Of a stretch of DNA of 64,000 nt, positions 17,973-26,814 are shown one piece after another. The stretch is from Candidatus Kaiserbacteria bacterium (lineage in GTDB: Bacteria; Patescibacteriota; Minisyncoccia; Phycocordibacterales; Phycocordibacteraceae). The DNA lies in the NCBI GenBank assembly GCA_027451665.1, contig DAIDIW010000001.1, forward strand, positions 159,773 to 223,772, written 5' to 3'. The notes under the pieces are model-generated. The model was not told the origin of the DNA. It worked only from the letters and a program-made list of their open reading frames with translations, and searched no databases. Made by a program: the position numbers and the translations under genes. Position 1 is the stretch's first letter; each line of letters opens with the position of its first letter.

Positions 17973-19021
17973 CTGATTTCCAGGTTCAACTTCTCGACCC
18001 AACTTCTGCAGTGGATGCTGCAGAAATCACGCGGCTCCGCACAGAGGGGTATGACTTCATCGACTCGTACGATGAGCAGCGTGCTGAACTAGCCGAGATC
18101 CGCGATCCTGAAGCGGTAGGTGGGACGCCACGGCCTCTTTCAGAGGATCCGGGGGAGATGGTTGCGGTATTTCCGTGGCGGAAAGTGCTCGTACGGATTC
18201 TTGGAAAGGCAGCATATCGCGAGCTGCGCAATAATAGGAATAGGGATCTTCTCACGAAGAGCGAACAAGACCGTTTTGCGGCGGCGTGCATCGGTTTTGC
18301 CGGACTAAATGTGGGCAACCCCGGCGCCGTGTGCATCGCGCTTGAAGGAGGCGCTCGCTCCATGAAACTTGCCGACCTTGATACGCTTTCGGTCACGAAC
18401 CTGAATCGCTTTCGTGCAGGCTTGCCGGATCTCGGCGTGAACAAGGCGATGCTTACGGCGCGTCAAATTCTTGAGGTTGATCCCTACTATACGCTTGAGT
18501 TGCACGAGCATGGCATCATGCCAGACACAGTCGGTGATTTTCTCGGGGAGCCGAGGATCGATGTCCTTATCGAAGAGATGGATGCGCTCCCACTCAAGAT
18601 CGCTATTCGCGAGGCTGCTAAGAATAGGGGAATTCCGGTAGTCATGGTGACCGGTAACGGAGAAGGGATTCTGCTCGACGTTGAGCGATTTGACCAAGAT
18701 CCGGATCTTCCGATATTCAACGGACTCATGGAGGAACGCGTCATGACCGCGATTACGCATCCGTCCGGCCCACTCGCACCTCGCGAGAAGATTGCGCTCG
18801 CGCGCGACTTTATGGGTTCCCAGTACCTGGATCCTTGCCTTGTAGATTCATTCTCCAAATTCGGTTCCGAGCTCGTCGGTATTCCACAGCTCGCCGAGTC
18901 TTCCTTTATGCGCGGAGCGGCACTCTGCTACGCGGTGAAAGCCATAATACTTGATCGTCCTCTTTCGTCGGGGCGATATTCCTTCTCCTTTGCTAGAGGT
19001 CTTTTACCGTTTGTACAGTAA
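17969..19021 (+). CDS. E1/ThiF/MoeB-like Rossmann protein with a degenerate Gly loop
   Basis: ACIGFAGLNVGNPGAVCIALEGGARSMKLADLDTLSVTNLNRF aligns to the ThiF core (…VGAGGLGS…LxLVDxDxVExSNLNRQ). The DxD and NLNR motifs are retained, and there is an insertion in the GxGxxG loop. Confidence 0.5.
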   Translation: MTDFQVQLLDPTSAVDAAEITRLRTEGYDFIDSYDEQRAELAEIRDPEAVGGTPRPLSEDPGEMVAVFPWRKVLVRILGKAAYRELRNNRNRDLLTKSEQDRFAAACIGFAGLNVGNPGAVCIALEGGARSMKLADLDTLSVTNLNRFRAGLPDLGVNKAMLTARQILEVDPYYTLELHEHGIMPDTVGDFLGEPRIDVLIEEMDALPLKIAIREAAKNRGIPVVMVTGNGEGILLDVERFDQDPDLPIFNGLMEERVMTAITHPSGPLAPREKIALARDFMGSQYLDPCLVDSFSKFGSELVGIPQLAESSFMRGAALCYAVKAIILDRPLSSGRYSFSFARGLLPFVQ

Positions 19022-19030
19022 GTTGCATAT

Positions 19031-20599
19031 ATGCAATCGATCCTAAATCTTGATTTGCTTTGGGTCGGACTCGCTGTAGCGGGCGCGGGAACGCTAGGAT
19101 TCTCGATATATTTTCCGGATACAAAAAGTGCAACTTCTCGGATGTTTCTTCTTTTCACCTCGATTAGCATTTTCTGGAGTATCTCGAATTTTGCGAGCGC
19201 TCGGGTCGTCGATCCTAGACTTGCACTTTGGCTCATTCGTGCGGTGCTTTTCTTTGCGAGCTGGCATGCGTTCTCATTTTTCCTGCTTGCATATCAATTT
19301 CCAGATCGCGCCATGCGATTATCAAAAACGCTCTTTCTAGGGCTTCTTTCTTGGACGGCCGCGATATCGCTCGTGGTACTTACTCCAGTAGTATACGAAG
19401 CAGTTACTGCGATTTCTCCCGTCATCGAAACAAAGACCGGTCCAGGTATCATCCTCTTCGGACTCACTGTTTTTGGGTTCATAGGTACCGGCATATGGGT
19501 TCTCGCGCGCAAGTATTTCGATACTGAGGGGGAAGCACATCGACAGATTGAATTCGTATTGACAGGAATGTCGACAACGTTCTTTTTCCTCATCATCTTT
19601 GATTTTATTTTCCCCGCCTTCCTGAATAATCCAACCTTTGTTCCATTTGGTGGGTTATTCCTCCTTCCTTTCATTTTTGGTACCGCGCATGCGATTCTTC
19701 ATTATCGACTTTTTAATCCTCGCGTCGCATGGTTCGGGTTATTAACGTTCATGCTAGCGACTGCGACTTTCTTCGACATACTCCTTTCTGCAACGGTTTG
19801 GCTTGTTCTTTATCGTGTAGCAGAGTTGGTCCTCGTCCTAGTAGCTGGAATCTGGTTGATTCGAAGCATGGTACGGGAATTCGAACTGGAGGAGGAGCTG
19901 AAGGAAATTAACAAGCGACAGGAGGGCCTCATTCATTTCGTGGGACACGAAGTGAAGGGCTTCCTTACGAAGGCGGCTGGCGTATTCTCCATGCTCGACG
20001 AAGGCGATCTCGGCCCCTTACCGGAGAACATGAAGCCGTTTATCGATCGCGCGCTCGAGGATACCCGCCATGGCGTCACGAGTGTCTCGGATATATTGAA
20101 GGCATCGAACCTGAAGAAGGGAACCGTGAATTACACGAAAGTGCCGTTCGATTTGAAGGCCGCGGCTAAGGAATCCGTCGATCGTGCGAAGCAGAACGCA
20201 GAACAGAAGGGATTGAGGCTCTCCTTCACGGCAGACGAGGGCGATTTCACCCTAAGCGGAGATAGAGGAGAGGTCCTCGACCACGTGCTGCGCAACCTCG
20301 TGGACAATGCAATCAACTACACGCCATCGGGTTCGATAGACGTCTCACTCACGCATAAGGACGGCAGACTCGTCTTTGCGGTGAAGGACACCGGCGTCGG
20401 TATTACTGACGAGGATAAGAAGTACCTCTTTACCGAGGGCGGTCACGGCAAGGATTCGCAGAAGATAAACGTGAACTCCACCGGGTACGGCCTCTTTATC
20501 GCGAAGCAAGTCACCGAGGCGCATGGCGGTACGGTCGCGGCCTCTTCCGAAGGCCCCGGCACTGGCTCTATGTTCACCGCTTCTTTCCCTGAGGCGTAG
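19031..20599 (+). CDS. Membrane-embedded sensor histidine kinase (about 8 TM N-terminal domain plus HisKA/HATPase_c)
   Basis: H-box FVGHEVKGF, N-box RNLVDNAINYT, G1 DTGVGI, G2 GYGLFIAKQ. Markedly lower GC (about 40-48%) than the backbone. No adjacent response regulator. Confidence 0.8.
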   Translation: MQSILNLDLLWVGLAVAGAGTLGFSIYFPDTKSATSRMFLLFTSISIFWSISNFASARVVDPRLALWLIRAVLFFASWHAFSFFLLAYQFPDRAMRLSKTLFLGLLSWTAAISLVVLTPVVYEAVTAISPVIETKTGPGIILFGLTVFGFIGTGIWVLARKYFDTEGEAHRQIEFVLTGMSTTFFFLIIFDFIFPAFLNNPTFVPFGGLFLLPFIFGTAHAILHYRLFNPRVAWFGLLTFMLATATFFDILLSATVWLVLYRVAELVLVLVAGIWLIRSMVREFELEEELKEINKRQEGLIHFVGHEVKGFLTKAAGVFSMLDEGDLGPLPENMKPFIDRALEDTRHGVTSVSDILKASNLKKGTVNYTKVPFDLKAAAKESVDRAKQNAEQKGLRLSFTADEGDFTLSGDRGEVLDHVLRNLVDNAINYTPSGSIDVSLTHKDGRLVFAVKDTGVGITDEDKKYLFTEGGHGKDSQKINVNSTGYGLFIAKQVTEAHGGTVAASSEGPGTGSMFTASFPEA

Positions 20600-20749
20600 C
20601 GACCGCAGCATCGCTTTGGCCGGCTTCTTCCCAGGCGAGCCTGAACGCTTGCCGGACGACAGTCGCAAAATCTGCGCTCTGGCTCTAGGTGACCGCGCCG
20701 AAGGATCTACCGCGCACAGCGGAAGCATTTCATGCCCGTGCATAAAGAA

Positions 20750-20772
20750 GCCGCCGCCCGAATGGGCGGCGG
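20750..20772. terminator. Hairpin between the convergent histidine kinase and GNAT genes
   Basis: GCCGCCGCCC-GAAT-GGGCGGCGG, a 9-10 bp GC stem. The flanks are only modestly T-rich. Confidence 0.4.
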
Positions 20773-20776
20773 ATAC

Positions 20777-21430
20777 TCATTTACTCTCCTTCTTCAATCT
20801 CGCGAGCTGCTGCTTTGTCAGCTTCGGCAGCTTACCCGTCTCGAGATAGCAGTTCCAGATCGGCTCGAAGTCCCCAGGGAATACATCGAAGAGGATCTCG
20901 TCCACACGTTTCCCGCTATCCAGCTCCTGGCCACGCCTGCGACCAACGTATCGGTAGCCGCACGCGATGAGGTGGCCATGACTACGCTCGTTGAATGCCT
21001 TTATGCTCGAGTTCACCTTATAGAGACAGAGTTCGTGGAATGCGACGTGGAGAAGGAGCAGTTTCGCTTCCTTCCCATAGCCCTTCCCAAAGCAGTCCTT
21101 ATCCCAGATGAGCGTGCCGCTCGTCGCGGTGCTCTCCGGCTGGCGGATCTTGTGCAGGCCGGTATGGCCGATGTATCGATATCCAACAAGCTTGCTGCCT
21201 TCAAAGACGTGAAGAAGGATCGCGAAGACCACGTCGGTTCCAGCACGCTTGCGAGCTGCTAACCCATCGAACCACGCATACTCCTCTTCGATGGTGACCG
21301 GCGGCGTCATGAGCACGCCGCGGACGACGTCAGGATCGTTCACGCCTTGCATGAGTTCCCGGACGTATTCCCGTTGCATAGCGCCGAGCGAGATGTTCAC
21401 GCGGCCATTGTAGATAGGATAGTGCGACAT
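20777..21430 (-). CDS. GNAT family N-acetyltransferase
   Basis: GNAT core (…LLLLHVAFHE…YKVNSSIKAFNERSHGHLIACGY…). The start codon is uncertain (21430 or 21442). Confidence 0.65.
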   Translation of the reverse strand: MSHYPIYNGRVNISLGAMQREYVRELMQGVNDPDVVRGVLMTPPVTIEEEYAWFDGLAARKRAGTDVVFAILLHVFEGSKLVGYRYIGHTGLHKIRQPESTATSGTLIWDKDCFGKGYGKEAKLLLLHVAFHELCLYKVNSSIKAFNERSHGHLIACGYRYVGRRRGQELDSGKRVDEILFDVFPGDFEPIWNCYLETGKLPKLTKQQLARLKKESK

Positions 21431-21691
21431 AGGTATCTCCAAAGATCATGCTCTGCTCAAGAAACGAGAAGGAATCCCAGCTTCCGCAGAGCCGGGATGT
21501 TTCTTATCAGGAGGCGGGGGAGAAGAAATATCGCGGCTATGCGCAAACGAAGATGCCGAGGTCTGAGACCTGGATCGTCTTCGTCAGGCAATTACCGCGA
21601 TAGAAATGCATGCAATTACCTTACCTCTTGCACCGCATTTGTCAAATTTCAGATTGTAAGAACGCCGCGGCTTTGCTAGTCTCTTCAGTAC

Positions 21692-21765
21692 GCCGATGTA
21701 GCTCAGTCGGTTAGAGCGTGGCATTCATAAAGCCAAGGTCGGAGGTTCGATCCCTCCCATCGGCA
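21692..21765 (+). tRNA. tRNA-Met (anticodon CAT; Ile2-lysidine type not excluded)
   Basis: Hand-folded cloverleaf. Acceptor stem GCCGATG/CATCGGC, D-arm GCTC..GAGC, anticodon loop TTCATAA, T-arm GGAGG-TTCGATC-CCTCC. No CCA is encoded. Confidence 0.8.
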
Positions 21766-22050
21766 CAACCTTTTTACAGCACCTTCGTTCCATAGGGTAT
21801 GGAAACGAAGGTCGCTGTATGTCTTCTATTTCTGCCTGCCCATCTGTGCAGGGCTCGTACTTGCGGGCATCTGGACGAATGGGGCAGACTGGCCCATCTG
21901 GCTCGTGAAGCTCATCCCGACCACCTTCATCGTGGGCCTGGCCACCTTACTTATCTGGTTTACCTACCTCATGCGCCGGCTCGCCGCGCGCTGACAAAAC
22001 AAAACCGTTCTGCTACTATTCTCCCGTCGAGCGCCCTAGGCCTCGCTTTT

Positions 22051-22125
22051 GCGGGAGTAGCTCAATTTGGTTAGAGCATCCGCCTGTCACGCGGAAGGTT
22101 GCGGGTTCAAGTCCCGTCTCTCGCG
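22051..22125 (+). tRNA. tRNA-Asp (anticodon GTC)
   Basis: Acceptor GCGGGAG/CTCTCGC (one G-U pair), anticodon stem TCCGC/GCGGA with loop CTGTCAC, T-arm GCGGG-TTCAAGT-CCCGT. Confidence 0.85.
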
Positions 22126-22215
22126 CATCTAAAAGCCCAGATAAAACCTGCGGTAGTGGCTGGTCTTGTGGGGATGCTATGCTTTGTGCAGGCGAAAGCC
22201 TTAATATTTAAGAAA

Positions 22216-22869
22216 ATGAACCGATTTTTATCGAGCCATCCCCGCGCGCTCGCCGCAGCGGTAGGCGTAGTCACGATCGTCTCGATGTTCGCGATGACGC
22301 CGGTCGCGCAGGCAAGTAGCCTCACCTCTTCGCAGGTGAACGCAATCATGACGCTTCTCCAGGCGTTTGGCGCGGATTCCGCGACCATTGCGAACGTGCA
22401 GGCAGCGCTCATGGGTACTTCATCCGGAACGACGGTACAGACTTCGACCTCAACGCCGTCGTATAACGGACCCGGTAACGCGTCGAGCTGCATGTCCATT
22501 TCCGGTACCCTCTCGGTCGGGTCCCGCGGAGAGGACGTTACGAGGCTGCAGCAATTCCTCGCGCAAAATAAGAGCATCTACCCTCAAGGATTGGTAACCG
22601 GCTATTACGGCACCGAGACGGAGGATGCGGTGCGCCGCTATCAGGCGCTGCACGGCATTGTTGCAACCGGCACGCCTTCCACTACGGGTTACGGCATAGT
22701 CGGCCCGTCTACCCGCGGTGAGATGGAGCACGAGATGGAATCCGAGTGCAACAGTGGCGATCACAGCAATAGCACCGACAATGCATCCTCGACGCCTTCG
22801 CAGGAAGGTGAGCATGGACAGGCTACGACAACATCGTCAGACAGCAGTTCTGGTTCAAAGGACAACTAA
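22216..22869 (+). CDS. Secreted protein with a PG_binding_1 domain and an acidic Ser/Thr-rich tail
   Basis: The track ORF start overlaps tRNA-Asp, so the internal Met (MNRF…signal peptide…AQASS) was chosen. GSRGEDVTRLQQFLAQN…YYGTETEDAVRRYQ is PG-binding-like. Confidence 0.6.
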   Translation: MNRFLSSHPRALAAAVGVVTIVSMFAMTPVAQASSLTSSQVNAIMTLLQAFGADSATIANVQAALMGTSSGTTVQTSTSTPSYNGPGNASSCMSISGTLSVGSRGEDVTRLQQFLAQNKSIYPQGLVTGYYGTETEDAVRRYQALHGIVATGTPSTTGYGIVGPSTRGEMEHEMESECNSGDHSNSTDNASSTPSQEGEHGQATTTSSDSSSGSKDN

Positions 22870-22940
22870 CGAACGGTATTGTCATGCGAATCCACCGCGC
22901 GGCGCCAGAGGCGCCGCGCGGTGGCGTTATAGTGAAAAAG

Positions 22941-24140
22941 ATGCGTTCTCTGCGCGCGCGAGCATTCGATCTCCTCAAAAAGAACCGGCGTACGACCGAC
23001 GGACACCTCTATACCGTCCCGTCGCCCGATACCTATCCGTACCAATGGCTCTGGGATTCGTGTTTTCATGCGATCGTGCTCGCGAAATTTGATCCTGAAG
23101 CGGCGAAAGCCGAGCTCTTCGCGCTCGCGTCCCGGCAGTTCGATGACGGTATGATCCCGCATATCCTCTATTGGAGTCCGGGTACGCTCCATCGTTACGA
23201 CTGGGGAACGCCGGGGACGAGTGCGCTTACACAGCCGCCGCTGCTCGCGTATGCCGCGTGGGAGACCTACAAGGCGACCGCGGACGCAGCGTTTCTGAGA
23301 GAGCTGTATCCGCATTTGCTGCGGTTCTATCGGTATCTGATTGAAAAGCGCGACCCGCGCGACCACCACCTTGTGGGCATCATAAACCCGGACGAATCCG
23401 GCGAAGATAATAGCCCGCGCTTTGACGACGTGCTTCACGTGCCCGCGGATATCACGCTCGCCGACCATCTCGCGCGTCGGCTCGAGCTCGTGGATGCGAA
23501 CCGAACCTGCCATTTCGACGCAGAGCTCTGCATGAAGCGGCACTTCTGGGTGAAGGACGTTCCGTTCCAGGCCGTTCTTATCGAGAATCTGCGCACGCTG
23601 GGGCACATCGCGTCCGTCATCGAGGACGCGGACGGCGAGCATTTTGCGAGCGTAAATAGCGGTCTCGTGACCGATGCGGTGCGCGAGAGGCTCTTCGATC
23701 GGGATGCCGGCGTATTCTGGAGCGCGGCCGGCAATGAGTACCGACCGCTCAAGGTCGCTACGTGGGCGCACTTTGCGCCGCTCTTCACAGACCTATATTC
23801 GCCTCCAGAAGCGAAGCGGGTCGTGGAGATGCTCTTCGATGAGCGCACCTTCTGGTCGCCCTATGGCGTACGTACGGTCTCGAAGCAGGAAACCTCATAC
23901 CGACCGGACGGCTACTGGCGCGGTTCCGTGTGGATGGCACCGCACTGGTTCATCTACAAGGGACTCATGCGCTATGGATTCATGAACGAAGCGCAGCGCA
24001 TACGAGATGCTTCCGCTCGTTTGCTCGAACAGGAAGGATTCCGCGAGTATTTCGATCCCGAGACGGGCAGGGGATATGGTGCGCACGACTTCACCTGGGG
24101 CGCACTGGTCACTGACATGGTCGAGGACGACCAGACTTAG
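22941..24140 (+). CDS. (alpha/alpha)6-barrel glycoside hydrolase, GH63/MGH-like
   Basis: YPYQWLWDSCFHAI motif typical of GH63, trehalase and mannosylglycerate-hydrolase-like enzymes. Internal start chosen. Confidence 0.65.
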   Translation: MRSLRARAFDLLKKNRRTTDGHLYTVPSPDTYPYQWLWDSCFHAIVLAKFDPEAAKAELFALASRQFDDGMIPHILYWSPGTLHRYDWGTPGTSALTQPPLLAYAAWETYKATADAAFLRELYPHLLRFYRYLIEKRDPRDHHLVGIINPDESGEDNSPRFDDVLHVPADITLADHLARRLELVDANRTCHFDAELCMKRHFWVKDVPFQAVLIENLRTLGHIASVIEDADGEHFASVNSGLVTDAVRERLFDRDAGVFWSAAGNEYRPLKVATWAHFAPLFTDLYSPPEAKRVVEMLFDERTFWSPYGVRTVSKQETSYRPDGYWRGSVWMAPHWFIYKGLMRYGFMNEAQRIRDASARLLEQEGFREYFDPETGRGYGAHDFTWGALVTDMVEDDQT

Positions 24141-24169
24141 CCGGGCCGAGCTGCCGTATACTGAATACC

Positions 24170-25102
24170 GTGACCTACGAAGAACTCCGACAAGCGCTCG
24201 CACTCGAGCCAGAGATAGTACAAGGAACCGTACCGCACGTGGCGCGTTACATCGTGGGTGGTATGGGCGGTTCCGCGCTGCCGCCAGAGGCGCTTCGTTT
24301 CCTCGACCTCGCATTCCCGATCTCCGTGCATCGCGATTACGATCTGCCGGAGGACGCGCCGGAGGATACGCTCTATATCGCGATCTCCCATTCGGGGAAC
24401 ACCGCAGAGACGCTTTCTTTCGCGAAGGCGGCGCATGAGCGAGGACTCCCGCTTGCCGTCATTACCTCCGGCGGCGCGCTCGAGGCTTTCGCGCGAGAGC
24501 ATACGGTACCGCTTGTCCTCGTCCCGCGCGGCATGCAACCGAGAAGCGCGCTCTTCTATCAGCTCGGGGCGCTCCTGCGGCTCGTCGGTCGTTCAGATCT
24601 CGCCGCGGATCTCCGCAAGGCTGATTTCCGGGAATCAGACGTAGAGGGGGAGGCTCAAAGGCTTGCCGCGGCGCTCGCGGATACGCTTCCGCACTTCTAC
24701 GCGTCGCGCAAGAATGCGTTCCTCGCCTGGGTGGCGAAGATCCATACGAACGAGGGGGCGAAGATGCCGGCGTATGCGAATGCCTTTTCGGAGTTGAATC
24801 ACAATGAGATGCAATCATTCGATCGTATGGCGCCTCCTGGCATCGCGTCCGCAGTACGTTTCGTGCTCTTGCGGGATCCGCAGGAGGACGCGCGCGTCGC
24901 GCGCCGTATGGAGGTCTTCAAGGATGTGTTGCATGATCGCGAACGGACGGTGCATGAGCTCGCGCTTTGGGGGGAGACGCGCGCGACGCAGCTCGCGCGC
25001 GGATGGTTCGTGCTCGAGCGCTACGAGCGTCTCCTCGCACAGGCACGCGGAGTGGATCCAGACAGCGTGCCGCTCATCGAGGATTTTAAAAAACGGTTAT
25101 GA
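24170..25102 (+). CDS. SIS-domain bifunctional phosphoglucose/phosphomannose isomerase-like protein
   Basis: GGMGGSA…ISHSGNTAET SIS motifs. About 310 aa. Confidence 0.65.
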   Translation: MTYEELRQALALEPEIVQGTVPHVARYIVGGMGGSALPPEALRFLDLAFPISVHRDYDLPEDAPEDTLYIAISHSGNTAETLSFAKAAHERGLPLAVITSGGALEAFAREHTVPLVLVPRGMQPRSALFYQLGALLRLVGRSDLAADLRKADFRESDVEGEAQRLAAALADTLPHFYASRKNAFLAWVAKIHTNEGAKMPAYANAFSELNHNEMQSFDRMAPPGIASAVRFVLLRDPQEDARVARRMEVFKDVLHDRERTVHELALWGETRATQLARGWFVLERYERLLAQARGVDPDSVPLIEDFKKRL

Positions 25103-25905
25103 AGCTTGTCTTCGACATCGGCGGTACGAGCATGCGTCTCGCGCGAGTCGATGGCGCTGCACTGCGAGACGTGAAGAAGGCGGCGACGCCGCCGGAAGGG
25201 GAGCACGGATTCGAGACCCTCTGCGAGCTCATCGAGCGATTGGCACCGGACGAGGGCATCGAGGCGATCGTGGGCGGTCTTGCGGGGGTCCTTCATGAGG
25301 ATGGCACGCTCTTGGGTTCGCCGAATTTGCCTGGGTGGAGCGGATTCCCGCTTGCACGTCGTCTCCAGGAGCGTTTCCACATTCCCGTCATAATCCATAA
25401 TGACAGCCTGCTCGCCGCGCTCGGCGAGGCACGGTATGGCGCTGGCCGCGCCCACCGTGTCGTTGCTCATTTGCGTATCGGTACCGGAGTCGGCGGCGCG
25501 CGCATCGTTCAAGGCAAGCTCGAGGCACACGCGAAGGGATTCGAACCGGGGCATCAGGTAATCGACCTCTCACGCGGCGCGACCCTCGAATCGCTCGTGG
25601 GCGGCGCATCGCTCGCGCGGAAGTATGGCGCGTCGCCTTCGACCCTCACGCGCGAGGCATATAGGGAAGCCACGCGCGCACTTTCCATCGGAGTGTGGAA
25701 TCTGATCGTGCATTGGTCGCCGGATGTCGTCGTCCTTGGCGGTTCGCTCATGAACGAGGAAACAGCCTATCGGCTCGCAGACGTGCGTATCGAGACGGAG
25801 AAGTTGCGCACCGTGCTCGCGCAGCTTCCCGAGATACGCGTCGGTACACTCGGGGACGACGCGGGGCTTTACGGCGCGGTGGCGCTCCTCGCAGAAAACG
25901 TTTGA
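25099..25905 (+). CDS. ROK family sugar kinase (glucokinase-like)
   Basis: DIGGT N-terminus and an NDSLLAALGE…GTGVGG ROK pattern. ATGA overlap with the upstream gene. Confidence 0.75.
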   Translation: MKLVFDIGGTSMRLARVDGAALRDVKKAATPPEGEHGFETLCELIERLAPDEGIEAIVGGLAGVLHEDGTLLGSPNLPGWSGFPLARRLQERFHIPVIIHNDSLLAALGEARYGAGRAHRVVAHLRIGTGVGGARIVQGKLEAHAKGFEPGHQVIDLSRGATLESLVGGASLARKYGASPSTLTREAYREATRALSIGVWNLIVHWSPDVVVLGGSLMNEETAYRLADVRIETEKLRTVLAQLPEIRVGTLGDDAGLYGAVALLAENV

Positions 25906-25953
25906 AAAGCGGAGCTGTTTCGCGTACTATCGGTAGCGCATTATCGTATTGCC

Positions 25954-26029
25954 GCCGAGATAGCTCAGTTGGTAGAGCACACCCATGGTAAGGGTGAGGT
26001 CGCCGGTTCAATCCCGGCTCTCGGCTCCA
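25954..26029 (+). tRNA. tRNA-Thr (anticodon GGT), CCA encoded
   Basis: Acceptor GCCGAGA/TCTCGGC, anticodon stem CACCC/GGGTG with loop ATGGTAA, T-arm GCCGG-TTCAATC-CCGGC, discriminator T plus CCA. Confidence 0.85.
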
Positions 26030-26036
26030 GAGAATG

Positions 26037-26070
26037 AAAAGCCGGTTCCAAGGGAGCCGGCTTTTCTGGT
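26037..26070 (+). terminator. Rho-independent terminator after tRNA-Thr(GGT)
   Basis: AAAAGCCGGTTCC-AAG-GGAGCCGGCTTTT, a 13-bp stem, followed by a U-rich tail (TTTTCT). Confidence 0.65.
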
Positions 26071-26094
26071 CCATCGCGTTTCCTTTCGCTCATG

Positions 26095-26430
26095 TCAAGG
26101 GAAACGGTCCGGGTAAAAAGGATTATTAAGGAAGAGGTTCGTGTTCAGGATCAATATGACCGGAATGACGCGCTTACGGTAATGGATCGACTTCCCGTCT
26201 GAGACATCAAATCCGCGCGCCTTAAGCTCCCGTCTCACTTCTGGAGAGGGCAGATTATCGAGTACCGGGCCTACTCCCTCGCAAATGTGGATAGCGCGCG
26301 CGATGCCGTCATTCTCACGTCGGATATACTCTTGCGCGAGCGTGATGAGTTTGCGGAGTCTTCGACGATTAAGACGCCGTTTTATGCGCTTATCTACAGT
26401 CCGTAACACGGTACGCAGCTTCGCGAACAT
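26095..26430 (-). CDS. Hypothetical basic protein (lower-GC segment between two tRNA-Thr genes)
   Basis: 111-aa ORF with an Arg/Lys-rich N-terminus. No family recognised. Confidence 0.3.
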   Translation of the reverse strand: MFAKLRTVLRTVDKRIKRRLNRRRLRKLITLAQEYIRRENDGIARAIHICEGVGPVLDNLPSPEVRRELKARGFDVSDGKSIHYRKRVIPVILILNTNLFLNNPFYPDRFP

Positions 26431-26563
26431 GGCCGTTCCTCCGGATGGTGCGGTCCCGCTTCAACATAACCACAAAAGACCAATCGTGGCAATGTTCCGT
26501 ATGTGTGCGGAGCCAGAGCCTTTTTACCGAAGGCGTTGTATGTTAAAAAGGACGAGCAAGCAC

Positions 26564-26636
26564 GCCGCCCTAGCTCAGCTGGTAGAGCAACCCCTTCGTA
26601 AGGGGTAGGTCCCGAGTTCGAATCTCGGGGGCGGCT
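26564..26636 (+). tRNA. tRNA-Thr (anticodon CGT), no CCA encoded
   Basis: Acceptor GCCGCCC/GGGCGGC, anticodon stem ACCCC/GGGGT with loop TTCGTAA, T-arm CCGAG-TTCGAAT-CTCGG. Confidence 0.85.
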
Positions 26637-26639
26637 CCG

Positions 26640-26808
26640 AGACATGAGCCCCGCGTTTGCGCGGGGCTCATGCTATAGTCAGCCCGGTCCTCTACGAAAG
26701 TTCCTCAGGACCGGCCCGCTCGGTAGGGTAAGTCATTCGGCGTCCGTCACGTCGAGCCAGCTTCGGTTGCACTCCCCGCCCTACCGAGCGGGTTTTGCTA
26801 TACTCGCT
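26640..26808 (+). other. Highly structured ~165-nt region between the tRNA and prfB (three consecutive perfect hairpins). Candidate leader, ncRNA or terminator array
   Basis: Hairpin 1: CATGAGCCCCGCG-TTTG-CGCGGGGCTCATG. Hairpin 2: CCGGTCCT-(15 nt)-AGGACCGG. Hairpin 3: a 13-bp stem CCGCTCGGTAGGG…CCCTACCGAGCGG enclosing an inner C(UUCG)G tetraloop hairpin. TGCTATAGT and TGCTATACT extended -10-like boxes lie at 26669 and 26795. Confidence 0.4.
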
Positions 26809-26814
26809 TGCATC

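Noticed and set aside
21692-21765. CAU tRNA considered as initiator tRNA-fMet or as lysidine-type tRNA-Ile2
   Set aside because: It lacks the three consecutive G-C pairs at the base of the anticodon stem expected for an initiator. A dedicated tRNA-Ile(UAU) exists at 61538, making an Ile2 role unnecessary. It is kept as an elongator Met with the uncertainty noted.
22099-22215. Upstream portion of the 22099..22869 ORF
   Set aside because: It overlaps tRNA-Asp (22051..22125). The internal Met at 22216 begins a clear signal peptide.
26644-26814. N-terminal extension of the prfB ORF, and a search for the canonical RF2 +1 programmed frameshift site (CUU UGA C)
   Set aside because: The extension runs through three perfect hairpins and a tRNA-adjacent terminator, and its translation is low complexity. 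Homology to RF2 begins at Met 26815. No CTTTGAC or frame-0 leader ORF is present upstream.
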